DNA of 64,000 bases, taken from NCBI GenBank assembly GCA_024720975.1, contig JANJXX010000003.1, positions 1-64,000 of the forward strand, given 5' to 3'. The translations under genes and the position numbers were made by a program. Source of the stretch: Thermoproteota archaeon. GTDB lineage: Archaea; Asgardarchaeota; Njordarchaeia; Njordarchaeales; Panguiarchaeaceae. The notes beneath the pieces were generated by a model. The model was not told the origin of the DNA, made no database searches, and saw only the letters and a program-made list of their open reading frames with translations. Each line of letters begins with the position of its first letter. Position 1 is the first letter of the stretch. Of the stretch, positions 48,545 through 58,847 are shown in pieces.

Positions 48545-49793
48545 AAGTGAGATACCCGATCAGATAAGAAAACTACCTCGAAAGTCAAAATCCTTGAATA
48601 ACCTGAAGAGCATCGATAAAGAGAACGTTGACAAATTCCTGAGTAGCGATAGGAAAAGGAGTATTCTAAAAGCATTCTTCAAAGCAAGATTACTCGAACA
48701 TATAAGACATTCAATACCAATCAGGGGTAAAATTAATATCAAGCCCGACGTTGAGTATTCAGAGCATGCACACGCAAGAAAAGCAAGACTAGGAGTAGCC
48801 AAAGTCAAAATTGTTGAAGAGGACTTTCCGATATTGGAGAAAGTCAGCATCAGGGATCTCTTGTCGATGCCATCAATAAAACGCGCAAATACAACAGCGC
48901 CAAAATTAAGGCGTATCCGTCCCATGCGTGCAGAAGGGAGCTATTATGGTCTGAATTACACAGCGACATACGGTTCTAGAGGATTCTACGTGTCTTACAC
49001 AATGAATAAGAAATTCCATAGTAGAATAGCGCTAGTACCGACACTAATATCAAGGCTTCTATATCAACGGGGAAAGGTGAGTTCGGGAGAAATAAAATTC
49101 GAGTTAAGAGAGGGAAAACAAAGGCTTCTACTTGTAATAGTCTTAGATGCAAGCGAAAGCATGCAGGCATTTATCCCCATAATCGCACGCACCCTATTAC
49201 GCTTTCATGAACGAGCATGGAAGCTGCGAAGCCTCACTGGCCTAATATCAGTACAAGAGAACACGACAAAAGTTCTAGTCTATCCAACGACAAATATTAA
49301 CAAAATTATTAGCGGCTTCTTCCAAGTGGAGTTCTGGGGTAGGACGCCACTTGCACTTGGCCTCCTTAGGGCATTCAGGCTGATATTATCTATGCATGCT
49401 AAGTCTCCTGATTTAGTACCTAGGGTCATTTTATTCTCCGATGGACTAGCTAACATACCTCTTCAAATACCGGTTGACAGAAATGTAAGAAATTACTTTG
49501 AATCTGATGCTCAAGCGGATGTAATTGCTGCTGCTAGACTACTTGCAAGAAGAAACGTAAAGCTAATAACTGTCAATCCATGGCACATTAACTACTGGCC
49601 CGCAAAGTATATAATATCCCCATCTGAACTTCTCAAAATTGCAACTAGAATCACCGGGGGTATTTACTTAGGCTTCAATTTAAGCCAGGAACATCCATCA
49701 ATAATACCACCCAGAATGATTAACATTGACGATGCCACCGTGGAGGAGCTCGTAGATAGGATCCTGTGTGCAATATTTAAGTCAATTAGCTGA
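48522..49793 (+). CDS. vWA (ChlD/BchD C-terminal-like) domain protein; probably the frameshifted 3' half of a chlD-like gene
   Basis: VLDASESM (MIDAS DxSxS), GRTPLALGL, FSDGLAN. Overlaps the ATPase ORF in the +1 frame across a T6 run. Confidence 0.82.
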   Translation: MNSTFFDESEIPDQIRKLPRKSKSLNNLKSIDKENVDKFLSSDRKRSILKAFFKARLLEHIRHSIPIRGKINIKPDVEYSEHAHARKARLGVAKVKIVEEDFPILEKVSIRDLLSMPSIKRANTTAPKLRRIRPMRAEGSYYGLNYTATYGSRGFYVSYTMNKKFHSRIALVPTLISRLLYQRGKVSSGEIKFELREGKQRLLLVIVLDASESMQAFIPIIARTLLRFHERAWKLRSLTGLISVQENTTKVLVYPTTNINKIISGFFQVEFWGRTPLALGLLRAFRLILSMHAKSPDLVPRVILFSDGLANIPLQIPVDRNVRNYFESDAQADVIAAARLLARRNVKLITVNPWHINYWPAKYIISPSELLKIATRITGGIYLGFNLSQEHPSIIPPRMINIDDATVEELVDRILCAIFKSIS

Positions 49794-49913
49794 AGCCCAT
49801 GCAAAATTCATCAAGACTAGCTAGCAGAGTTAGTCGTGAAGAGTGAGATTAATTCCCTGCTAATTGATAATATCTTAAATCAGTAAGACTGAAATTCGTA
49901 TTCAGTAATCTAA

Positions 49914-50354
49914 GTGATCAATGTGAGTATAGAGAAACCCGAAAAGCCTGATGGTTTGTACCTATACGAAAACGGAGCCTGGATTCAAAAATCCCAAGAA
50001 GACTTCACTGAAGGAGTTCACATAGTATACTTTAACAATAAAGAGTGCTTCGCCTGCCTGTTATTTAATGCTACATGGAATAAATTCGTAGAACTGACTA
50101 ATTCAAGCAATCTAAAATTCTGGACTGTTATCTGCTCTTGGTTTGCCAAGAAGTGCTCAGATGATAGGGCCAAATGGTTATTCGAAAATTATCAAGTCAA
50201 ATCATCACCGACAATACTAATAATAAGAGACGGCGTCATAATAAAGACAATAAAGGGCTCCTTAAGCTTAGAGGAACTCGAGAAACAAATAAAAGACGTA
50301 CTTGAGGGAAAAGAGGAACAAAAGGAAGACCTAACAAAAAGATTTGTATGCTGA
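49914..50354 (+). CDS. Thioredoxin-fold protein
   Basis: VYFNNKECFAC (CxxC), SSPTILI..DG (cis-Pro loop); extra CSWFAKKC. Confidence 0.8.
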   Translation: MINVSIEKPEKPDGLYLYENGAWIQKSQEDFTEGVHIVYFNNKECFACLLFNATWNKFVELTNSSNLKFWTVICSWFAKKCSDDRAKWLFENYQVKSSPTILIIRDGVIIKTIKGSLSLEELEKQIKDVLEGKEEQKEDLTKRFVC

Positions 50355-50359
50355 AAAAG

Positions 50360-51085
50360 TTATTGGGAAGCAGCATATGAGCTATAATAATCCTTGGAAA
50401 TTGCGAGAAGCATTGCACATCTCTTTGTAAAATTAAGTACTATTCCTACTCTTAGAGCCTTTTTCTCTCCACCTATGTCATTAAAAAGCGTTATCAGTGA
50501 TGGATAGCTAGGAGTAATACCACGCTCAGATAACAATCTCATTATATGTTCCTTTCCAAGACCGATCTTGCATCTGTACAGAGCTTTTATAAAGGCGCTG
50601 AAAGTGTAATATGTAAAACCGCGTAGCAAGTCTTCATAACTATACCATCTTTTTTCACTGCTAAGTTTACCTAGTAGATTCTTCGGTGAAACAAAGACTG
50701 AGAAAACTACTGCTAAAGGATCGAAGGTGTTTTCATAATATCTTGGTAGAACTATGAAAACATACTCTTTTCCCATTGCATCATTCCTTTCAGACATCCT
50801 TATAATTTCCTCAGCATCCAAATCATAGTAGAAATTCTTCTTATCATATTCCTCCGTCCCTTGTTCAAATTCCTCTGGAGTTGTGTATATTCCCTTAACC
50901 TCAAGCACAACAAACTTTAGGAAGTCTTCAGTCTGAATCCACTTGACGATGGAGAATTTAACATCAAAAGGAGCACCAACAGGACCAAGACCAACTACTT
51001 GAAAGCCAAGCAATCCTAGCATACTTTTAAGTGACCCGATTATCCAAAAATAGTAGCTGTAAGGACTCCTAATTGGTATCAACAT
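50360..51085 (-). CDS. Hypothetical, PD-(D/E)xK nuclease-like
   Basis: LGFQV…PFDV…VVLEVKG. Probable start is ATG 51085 after GGTGG. Confidence 0.5.
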   Translation of the reverse strand: MLIPIRSPYSYYFWIIGSLKSMLGLLGFQVVGLGPVGAPFDVKFSIVKWIQTEDFLKFVVLEVKGIYTTPEEFEQGTEEYDKKNFYYDLDAEEIIRMSERNDAMGKEYVFIVLPRYYENTFDPLAVVFSVFVSPKNLLGKLSSEKRWYSYEDLLRGFTYYTFSAFIKALYRCKIGLGKEHIMRLLSERGITPSYPSLITLFNDIGGEKKALRVGIVLNFTKRCAMLLAISKDYYSSYAASQ

Positions 51086-51390
51086 AGCCACCAAGAAGGA
51101 TCCATTAACGGCAACTATTCGGTTAGTAGTGTAGATAATATTAATACCCATTCTTAAAATAAATGTGTATATTAAAACATAAGGGGCATTGCTGGCTCTA
51201 AAAATTCCTGTTCATTTATCTACATGGATATCTAATTTTAAACATTCTTCAGCAAGACATCATTAGGAGTAGTAAAATAGAAATGACTTGATCCATTAGA
51301 GAATTGTGAGCTCGTAGATTCTCTATGCCCCAGCGCCTTTAATTTCCACAAGAGTGTGTATTTGGATTTTACTTTAAAGAGTCTTTATTC

Positions 51391-52812
51391 TTGTCTAGTT
51401 CGGTGTATTCCATGTGGGATCTTCTGGAATTTGCCGTTGAAGAGAGTCTGAGCCTTAACGCAAGCTTTGTTGAAGTTCGAGGCGAGAGGCAGACTTTAAC
51501 CACAATCAGATTTGTTAATAATGTTCTTAAGTCTGTGGAGTCAACGTCTTTGATTGGAATAGGAGTAACTGTCATTGTTGGTAAATCTAGGGGCCACGGT
51601 TTCACAAGTGTACTCACAAAGGAAGGTCTGAGGGATGCTATAAGGAAGGCTATAGATTCTGCTAAGGGATTGACTAAGGCTGCGGAACTTTCTGCTGAGC
51701 CTGCGGAGTATAAACCTAAAGAATATCACGGTTTTGTTCCTTCTAGGAATAAGGACCCAGAAACTACCGAGTTTGAGGAAAAGTTCGAAATTCTTAAAAG
51801 AGGAATAAATGAGATAAAAGGACTTGAGGGAATAGCATCTATTGCTGCTATTTATGCTGAATTACATGGTGAGAGATACTTTATAAATAGTGAGGGTCTA
51901 AAAAGATTCTGGAGACCACTAAGACACGGAATTCTCTTCCAAGTTGTTGCTAGAAAAGATGGAAATATCGGATCTGGACGTGAGTTATTTGCATCATCCT
52001 TCGGTCTGGAAGTCTATGAGAAAGAGAAACCTGAGGAAATCGCTATGAAGGCCTATAAAGGTGCTATTGAATCTGCTCAGGCAAAGACAATACAGCCGGG
52101 AAAATACCCATTAATAGCTGACCCCGACTTCGCCGGTGTTCTAGCTCACGAGAGTTTCGGGCATCTAACAGAATCTGACTATGTTGCTACTAAGGCTAGT
52201 ATACTGTACGGAAGACTCCATGAGCAGCTAGGATCAGAATACGCGACAATAATAGAATCTGGTGACCCCGTAAATTACGGATTTTTCATACCTTACGACG
52301 ATGAAGGCGTGGCTACTGAGAAAATAATCCTCCTCAACAAGGGGGTCTTGGAAAACTATTTGCACTCTCGTAGTACAGCTAAGCTCATGAATATGCAGCC
52401 AACTGGGAATGCTAGGGCGATAAACTTTATGTTTCCAGCGATAGTTCGCATGAGGAATACATACTTTGATTCTGGAGACATGACCAAAGATGAATTATTT
52501 GAACTTGTCAAGCGCGGAGTTTATGTTGAGGGAAGCACAGGCGGTCAAACAGAAGACACCGGAAACTTCACATTTGGTGCAAACAGAGCATACTATATTG
52601 AGAACTCCGAGATAGCATATCCGCTTAAGGGTGTTGTGGTTAGGGCTCACATACTTGACTTTTTAAGGAATATCATAGGAGCTTCAAAAGAGGTAATTGT
52701 TGGAACGTCCCCACTTGGAGGCTGCGGAAAGGCCGGTCAATCACCACTACCCGTGGGAGGAGGCGGGCCATATTTAGCCATAAAAGAAGCCTTAATAGGA
52801 GGAGGTGTGTAG
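51391..52812 (+). CDS. tldD: TldD metalloprotease subunit
   Basis: GVLAHESFGH (HExxxH), YDDEG, TGNARA, RMRNT, CGK…QSPLPVGGGGP. Confidence 0.92.
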   Translation: MSSSVYSMWDLLEFAVEESLSLNASFVEVRGERQTLTTIRFVNNVLKSVESTSLIGIGVTVIVGKSRGHGFTSVLTKEGLRDAIRKAIDSAKGLTKAAELSAEPAEYKPKEYHGFVPSRNKDPETTEFEEKFEILKRGINEIKGLEGIASIAAIYAELHGERYFINSEGLKRFWRPLRHGILFQVVARKDGNIGSGRELFASSFGLEVYEKEKPEEIAMKAYKGAIESAQAKTIQPGKYPLIADPDFAGVLAHESFGHLTESDYVATKASILYGRLHEQLGSEYATIIESGDPVNYGFFIPYDDEGVATEKIILLNKGVLENYLHSRSTAKLMNMQPTGNARAINFMFPAIVRMRNTYFDSGDMTKDELFELVKRGVYVEGSTGGQTEDTGNFTFGANRAYYIENSEIAYPLKGVVVRAHILDFLRNIIGASKEVIVGTSPLGGCGKAGQSPLPVGGGGPYLAIKEALIGGGV

Positions 52813-52814
52813 AC

Positions 52815-54167
52815 TTGAATGAGAGGATAAATAAACTTATCAATATTGGGGAGAAAATAGTTAGTAAGAGGGATGAATTAAACGTAGATGATATTGAGAT
52901 ATATTTATACGAGGCTGATGTATTCAACTCCATAGTGATTAATAACTACGTTACATCGCAATCTGGAGTCGATGCCGGAGTCGGAATTCGTGTTTCTATA
53001 GGGAAGAAGGTAGCGTTTACATCTGTTTCAAGTATTGCTGAAGAGAGAATCTTAGAGGCTGCAAAACTTGCTGGTAAAATTGCAAAAGTTAAAGAGGAAG
53101 ATCCCAATTTCACACACTTGCCAGATCCAATGCGCGGTTATGAGAGGCATGGAATCTTCGACGCTGAGCTCGCATCCCTTAACCCAGAAGAACTTGCAGA
53201 CTACGTTTCAAAACTTGTTCAGGAATCAAAAAGAATACAAAACTTGAAAAAGATGAGTCTACACCTAACAAAAGGAAGCTATACCTATGCTGTGGTAAGT
53301 TCCAGAGGAGTTAATGTTGGCGATTATGGCACGATGATTTCCACGTGGTACGAGATAGATCTGAAGCGCAACGACAAAATAGGAAAGGGAATTGACTTCT
53401 ATATTTCCAGGAAATTCGATGAGGAAGCGCTATTCTCAACCATACCAAAAGCTGAGGCAATGGCACGAGAGGGACTCGAGGCAAAAAAGATTGCTGGGCC
53501 TCTCAAGTGTGATGCTGTAATCGATCCAATGATACTCTCGAGCATTTTGTGGCCCCTCGTATACAATGTATCAGCTTTAGCTGTGCAGGAGCAGAGAAGT
53601 AGATTCATAGGAATGATAGACAAGCAAGTTGCGAATCCAAATTTGACGATACTAGACGATGGCACGCTACCGGATGGTCTATCAACTAACATAAGCGATG
53701 ATGAGGGAATACCAATGCAGAGAAAAGTGATAATAGATCGTGGAATCCTTAAAACCTACCTCTACGATACATATACGGCATATCGGGAGAATAGACCAAG
53801 TACTGGGAATGCTAAAAGAAGGGACTATAAATCTCAACCTTCACCATCACAAACGAATCTTGTTATTGAAAGCACAACGAGCAAAAAACTCGAAGATATT
53901 ATAAGGGAAATTGATAAAGGCATTCTATTGCGAGGTATTGCCATGGGCTCGCATTTAATAGATCCAATTAAGGGATCAATGGCAATTACGTGCTTAAACG
54001 CACTATATATCGAGGGAGGCGAAGTTCGTTATCCCATCGAAGCCGTGAGTATGAGTGCCGATTACTTTGAATTCCTGAGAAATATGGACACAGCAGGTTC
54101 TGATCATAGGATAACTCCTGTTGGGAAGCTGCCTACAGTAGTTGTTAGAAATGTGTTCTTTAGCTGA
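52815..54167 (+). CDS. pmbA: PmbA/TldE non-catalytic partner
   Basis: GVGIRV, DDEG, YLYD, STGNA, TNL; no HExxxH; directly follows tldD. Confidence 0.9.
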   Translation: MNERINKLINIGEKIVSKRDELNVDDIEIYLYEADVFNSIVINNYVTSQSGVDAGVGIRVSIGKKVAFTSVSSIAEERILEAAKLAGKIAKVKEEDPNFTHLPDPMRGYERHGIFDAELASLNPEELADYVSKLVQESKRIQNLKKMSLHLTKGSYTYAVVSSRGVNVGDYGTMISTWYEIDLKRNDKIGKGIDFYISRKFDEEALFSTIPKAEAMAREGLEAKKIAGPLKCDAVIDPMILSSILWPLVYNVSALAVQEQRSRFIGMIDKQVANPNLTILDDGTLPDGLSTNISDDEGIPMQRKVIIDRGILKTYLYDTYTAYRENRPSTGNAKRRDYKSQPSPSQTNLVIESTTSKKLEDIIREIDKGILLRGIAMGSHLIDPIKGSMAITCLNALYIEGGEVRYPIEAVSMSADYFEFLRNMDTAGSDHRITPVGKLPTVVVRNVFFS

Positions 54168-54173
54168 TTCCTC

Positions 54174-54497
54174 TTATTTTTTGAATTCTAGTCCTAGCAA
54201 GTAGCCCAACATCCAATCAACATACTTACCATGAGCTTCGGCTTTGATTGTAACTATCTCTGGTACTGAATAAGGATGATTCTCCTTTAGATATTTTATG
54301 GCTTCCGAAACTTTCTCCTCTAAAGTTTTTATTATCAGTAGAAACTCAGGTTGTTTCTCAACTATCTTTTCCATCCAATAGTATGTTGACCTCACTGGAA
54401 AAACACTAACGCATGCAGCTAGCTTATTTTCAACGAGCTCCTTGGATAACCTATCAGCATCTTTTTCTGTTTCGACTGTTGTCATGATGATTATCAA
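54174..54497 (-). CDS. cutA: Divalent-cation tolerance protein CutA
   Basis: LVENKLAACV, STYYW, IKT, HPYSVPEI. TTG start after GAGGTGA. Confidence 0.92.
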   Translation of the reverse strand: MIIIMTTVETEKDADRLSKELVENKLAACVSVFPVRSTYYWMEKIVEKQPEFLLIIKTLEEKVSEAIKYLKENHPYSVPEIVTIKAEAHGKYVDWMLGYLLGLEFKK

Positions 54498-54626
54498 TAC
54501 TATCACCTCATTGCATAAGATTTGCAGCTGTTTCACAACTATATTTGATTGAAAGATCAATTATATTGTCTAAATGAAAAACCTACTTACAGTGAGTAGA
54601 ATAACTCTTGAGAATTCTGGTGACTG

Positions 54627-56117
54627 TTGTTGAGAAATAAACTGCACTACTTCTTTGCACCAAGGAGTATAGCCGTTATTGGTGCATCATCTCAAGTTGA
54701 TTCCCCCGGGTACGTAATATTTAAGAATCTACTTGACAATAGGCGAGCTGGCGTACTTAAAGCTAGAGTCTACGGCGTCAACATTAAGGGAGGAGTTTCT
54801 CTTGGTGAAAAATTGTATAGATCAGTAACAGAGATTCCAGATGAGATTGATCATGCAGTTATAGCTATTCCAGCGAAATTCATCCCAGATGTTTTGGACG
54901 AGTGTGGCAGAAAGAACGTGAAAGTTGTTACAATTATCAGTGGCGGCTTTTCTGAGATTGGAAATGTCGAACTAGAGAACAATGTCAGAGAGATAGGTAA
55001 AAAATATGGATTGAGAATAATAGGACCTAATGGACTTGGCGTTTATGACCCTTATACTGGTGTGGATACCCTTTTTATACCGAAAAGTAAGGACGTTGAT
55101 GGAAAGGAAATGATAAACCTCGCTCGGCCTCCTCGAGGATTTGTAGCATTTCTCACGCAGAGCGGTGCTCTTGGAGGTGCACTCCTAGACTACCTCTGTG
55201 GAGAAAATCTAGGTATATCTAAATTCGTGAGCTGGGGGAATAAAATCGATGTCGATGAGATTGACATGCTAGAATACTTAAAGGATGACCCTAACACGCG
55301 CGTAGTAGCTATATATGTAGAAGCATTAAAGGAGAGGGCAAGAGAGTTTGTTAGAATAGGCAGAGAATTCACCCTAATCAAGCCCATTGTTATCCTCAAG
55401 GGCGGTACAACAGAGGCTGGTGCCCGGGCAACACAAACGCATACTGCATCACTAGCTGGTGACTATGCTGTATACATTGGAGCCTTTAAGCATATGGGAG
55501 CCGTCATAGTTGAGTCAGTTATGGAACTTATGGATGCATCTAAGGCTCTTGCATTGCAGCCGCCTGCCCGTGGGAGGAACATTGGTATCATAAGTAATGG
55601 CGGCGGGCCAGGGATAATTACTGCTGATTTGCTTGAGAAGAGGGGACTAAGAGTACCTCCACTGTCGGATGATACTCTAAGGGAGCTTAAGCAAGCCATT
55701 AATGAGGGAATAATCCCCACAATAGCAACATTTGCAAATCCAATTGACATTAGCGGAACTGCTACTGATGAGGCGTATGTCAGAGCCACGGAACTTGTCT
55801 TAAATGATAAGAATATAGACTTAGTTATTATTCTAGCACTTCACCATCCGCCAACACTCACAAGCAAGTTGCCTGATAAATTAATATCAGTGGTAAAGGA
55901 TTCTAAGAAACCGGTCCTAGTTATGGACATTGGTCTTGGTGAGCTATCAGAATATGTTAGGAGACGATTTGAGGCAAGTAATATTCCAGCCTACGCACTC
56001 CCGATTCGGATCGTTAATGGTGCATGTGCACTAGTCAATTATGGTGAGTACTTAGCTAGGCGCGGTGCTTTAGATGAGTACATTGAAAAGTGGAGCCCAC
56101 CAAGGATATCTGGTTGA
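54627..56117 (+). CDS. acdA: ADP-forming acyl-CoA synthetase alpha subunit
   Basis: PRSIAVIGAS, IIGPNGLG, TQSGALG, SWGNKID, THTASLAG (phospho-His), NGGGPG, NPID. Confidence 0.92.
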   Translation: MLRNKLHYFFAPRSIAVIGASSQVDSPGYVIFKNLLDNRRAGVLKARVYGVNIKGGVSLGEKLYRSVTEIPDEIDHAVIAIPAKFIPDVLDECGRKNVKVVTIISGGFSEIGNVELENNVREIGKKYGLRIIGPNGLGVYDPYTGVDTLFIPKSKDVDGKEMINLARPPRGFVAFLTQSGALGGALLDYLCGENLGISKFVSWGNKIDVDEIDMLEYLKDDPNTRVVAIYVEALKERAREFVRIGREFTLIKPIVILKGGTTEAGARATQTHTASLAGDYAVYIGAFKHMGAVIVESVMELMDASKALALQPPARGRNIGIISNGGGPGIITADLLEKRGLRVPPLSDDTLRELKQAINEGIIPTIATFANPIDISGTATDEAYVRATELVLNDKNIDLVIILALHHPPTLTSKLPDKLISVVKDSKKPVLVMDIGLGELSEYVRRRFEASNIPAYALPIRIVNGACALVNYGEYLARRGALDEYIEKWSPPRISG

Positions 56118-56889
56118 CCGGAGCAAAGAGATTGTCGGTGCCGAAATCATAAAGTCCGTCAGAGAGAATGTTCTTGTAAAGTCTATATATCTGCGGCCCT
56201 TCAGACCACTCGCCAAGCCAAAGCCCGGTCAGTTCGTTATGATCTGGGTTCCAAACATGGAGGAAATTCCTATGAGCGTGTCAGGTTTCTACGGAGATCA
56301 CTTTAGAATAAGTGTTGCTTCAGTTGGACCTACAACTAGAGTGTTAAATGAATTACCAGTTGGGACATTAGTGGGAGTGAAGGGATTCTTAGGGAACGCG
56401 TTACAGTTGGGGAATAAAAAATACCTGTTGGTTGGCGGGGGATATGGTGTGGCTCCGTTAGTTTATGCCATGGCAGGGATAAGAAATTCTCATGGAGAGG
56501 CGCAAATAGTCATTGGAGCTAGGACGAGAGATTTGCTCCTATTCTTAGATGAGGCAAAAAGATTTGGAAAGGTACACATATCTACAGATGATGGCTCGGA
56601 AGGGTTTCATGGAACTGCGCTAGACCTTGCAAAGGAAATACTCTCCTCAGAGAGTTTCGATGAGGTGATAGTATGTGGCCCAGAACCACTACTCATTGGA
56701 GTTTCGGAGCTATGCTCTGAGTATAATATCCAAGCCTATGTTCTTGCCGAAAGATATATGAAATGTGGAATTGGGCTCTGTGGTTCGTGTGTTTTGGACG
56801 GAAGTGGGCTCTTAGTTTGCAGGGACGGTCCGGTGTTTGATGCAAGAATATACCTTAAGGCTTTAAGAAGGAAAATATCAAAAAATTGA
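56074..56889 (+). CDS. pyrK: PyrK-like NAD(P)/FAD/[2Fe-2S] electron-transfer subunit
   Basis: PGQFVMIW…EIPMS, GGGYGVAPL, TDDGS.G, CGPE, ERYMKCGIGLCGSC…CRDGPVF. Confidence 0.85.
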   Translation: MSTLKSGAHQGYLVDRSKEIVGAEIIKSVRENVLVKSIYLRPFRPLAKPKPGQFVMIWVPNMEEIPMSVSGFYGDHFRISVASVGPTTRVLNELPVGTLVGVKGFLGNALQLGNKKYLLVGGGYGVAPLVYAMAGIRNSHGEAQIVIGARTRDLLLFLDEAKRFGKVHISTDDGSEGFHGTALDLAKEILSSESFDEVIVCGPEPLLIGVSELCSEYNIQAYVLAERYMKCGIGLCGSCVLDGSGLLVCRDGPVFDARIYLKALRRKISKN

Positions 56890-56927
56890 ACCTCTGATGG
56901 GAGGTCGCTGCTATCTAGGAGTTAGCA

Positions 56928-58694
56928 TTAGGCTTTTTCGACTTCTTTCTTCACTAACTCAATTTCTCTTCTTCTATTATCAGGCCATGTATCTGGAATC
57001 ATTGGATGCCAGACTTTATGCTTCTTAGCGACTTCGATTGCACGTTCGTAACCAGCATCAGCATGCCTGATTATACCGAGTCCAGGATCTGTCGTTAGAA
57101 CAGTTACTATTCTTTTGTCCATTTCTCGCCTTCCATCACATACTAGGCACATACCAGCATGAATGGATAACCCTATTCCAACACCGCCACCATGATGAAC
57201 CGCCACCCAGGAGGCACCAGCCACGGCATTGAGTAAAGCATTTAGGATTGGCCAATCTGCTACTGCATCGCTTCCATCTTTCATGCCTTCTGTTTCTCTC
57301 GTTGGAGAAGCAACCGAGCCAGCGTCTAGATGATCCCTACCGATCCATATTGGACCGGAGAGCTTACCCTCTCTAACCATTTCATTAATTATCTTGCCCA
57401 TTTTCGCCCTCTGACCATAGCCCATCCAGCATACTCTAGCAGGCAGTCCTTGAAATGCTATAAATTTCTGGGCTTTTTCTACCCAATTAACCAGTATTTT
57501 ATCATCCTTGAACTCTCTCTTTATTACCTCATCGAGCTCAATAATGTCCTCCGGATCGCCCACTAGCGAGGTATACCTAAATGGTCCTCTTCCCTCACAG
57601 AATAGAGGTCTTATGTACTTCTTAACGAATCCTTCAAATGCAAATGCCCCTTCGAATCCAGCATCATAAGCCTGCTGTCGGATGCCATTACCATATTCGA
57701 AGACAATAACTCCCCTCTTATGGAATTCTGTCATCGCTTTAACGTGTCTAACAACACTCTTCTTTGCGAGATATATGTACTCCTTGGGGTCTGACTCTCT
57801 AAGCTTATCGGCTTCTTCTCTAGATATACCTGCTGGATAATAACCTCTTAGTAAATCATGAGCAGCGGTTTGGTCAGTCATTATGTCTGGCTTTATACCC
57901 CTCTTAAGAAGCTCCTCATAAACATCTACGGCATTTGCTAACACAGCTACACTCAGAGGGTATTTTTCCGAAACCGCATTTTTAACCATTTCTACGGCTT
58001 CATCAATATCTTCTGTCCACTCCATTAGGTATCCATGATCGATGCACCTTTGAATTGCCTCCTTTCTCACCTCAGCAAAAAGACCAACACCATCATTCAT
58101 AACAACAGCCAAGGGTTGAGCACCACCCATCTCTCCTAAGCCCGCACTTAAGACAAACCTCCCTCTAAGAGTCCCTCCAAAAGGCTCAGCTGCTTTTGCT
58201 AGTGTCTCATATGTCCCTTGAATAATTCCCTGATGTCCTATGTATGCCCAAGCTCCAGCAGTCATCTGGCCAAACATTATTAGACCTTTCTGCTCTAGTT
58301 CTAGAAAATAATCCCAAGTCGCCCATCGAGGAACAAGTAGACTATTCGCCATTAAGACCCTTGGTGCATAGTCGTGGGTTTTGAAGACACCAACGGGCTT
58401 GCCACTCTGTATAAGTAGCGTCTCGTCTGGCTCCATCTCAAGTAGCGTTTCCACGATAACCTCTAGCGCATCCCAATTCCTAGCTGCTTTACCAGAACCG
58501 CCATATACAATTAGATTCTGTGGATCCTTGGCAACATCTGGAGCCAAAACATTAAATAGCATCCTAAGTGCTCCTTCTATCTGCCAATCAGCACAATGGA
58601 GATCTGGCCCTGTAATTATATCTATCTTCCTAGCTTTAACTTTGGCAATTATTTCCTGCTTTCTCTTAAGCTTCTCGAGATCATAAGCACTCAT
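56928..58694 (-). CDS. hutU: Urocanate hydratase
   Basis: [64 protein letters not shown]. Confidence 0.97.
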   Translation of the reverse strand: MSAYDLEKLKRKQEIIAKVKARKIDIITGPDLHCADWQIEGALRMLFNVLAPDVAKDPQNLIVYGGSGKAARNWDALEVIVETLLEMEPDETLLIQSGKPVGVFKTHDYAPRVLMANSLLVPRWATWDYFLELEQKGLIMFGQMTAGAWAYIGHQGIIQGTYETLAKAAEPFGGTLRGRFVLSAGLGEMGGAQPLAVVMNDGVGLFAEVRKEAIQRCIDHGYLMEWTEDIDEAVEMVKNAVSEKYPLSVAVLANAVDVYEELLKRGIKPDIMTDQTAAHDLLRGYYPAGISREEADKLRESDPKEYIYLAKKSVVRHVKAMTEFHKRGVIVFEYGNGIRQQAYDAGFEGAFAFEGFVKKYIRPLFCEGRGPFRYTSLVGDPEDIIELDEVIKREFKDDKILVNWVEKAQKFIAFQGLPARVCWMGYGQRAKMGKIINEMVREGKLSGPIWIGRDHLDAGSVASPTRETEGMKDGSDAVADWPILNALLNAVAGASWVAVHHGGGVGIGLSIHAGMCLVCDGRREMDKRIVTVLTTDPGLGIIRHADAGYERAIEVAKKHKVWHPMIPDTWPDNRRREIELVKKEVEKA

Positions 58695-58847
58695 GGAATC
58701 ACCAAACGAATAATTGTAATTCTAATCTTATCATGAACAAATCGGAGATTTAATATTGCGGTTTATCTGCATCCTACTTTGTTGTGCAGACTTACACCTG
58801 ACTGCAGGCTTCAGCAGAATTCTCAACAATATCTTGGAAGTAACTAG

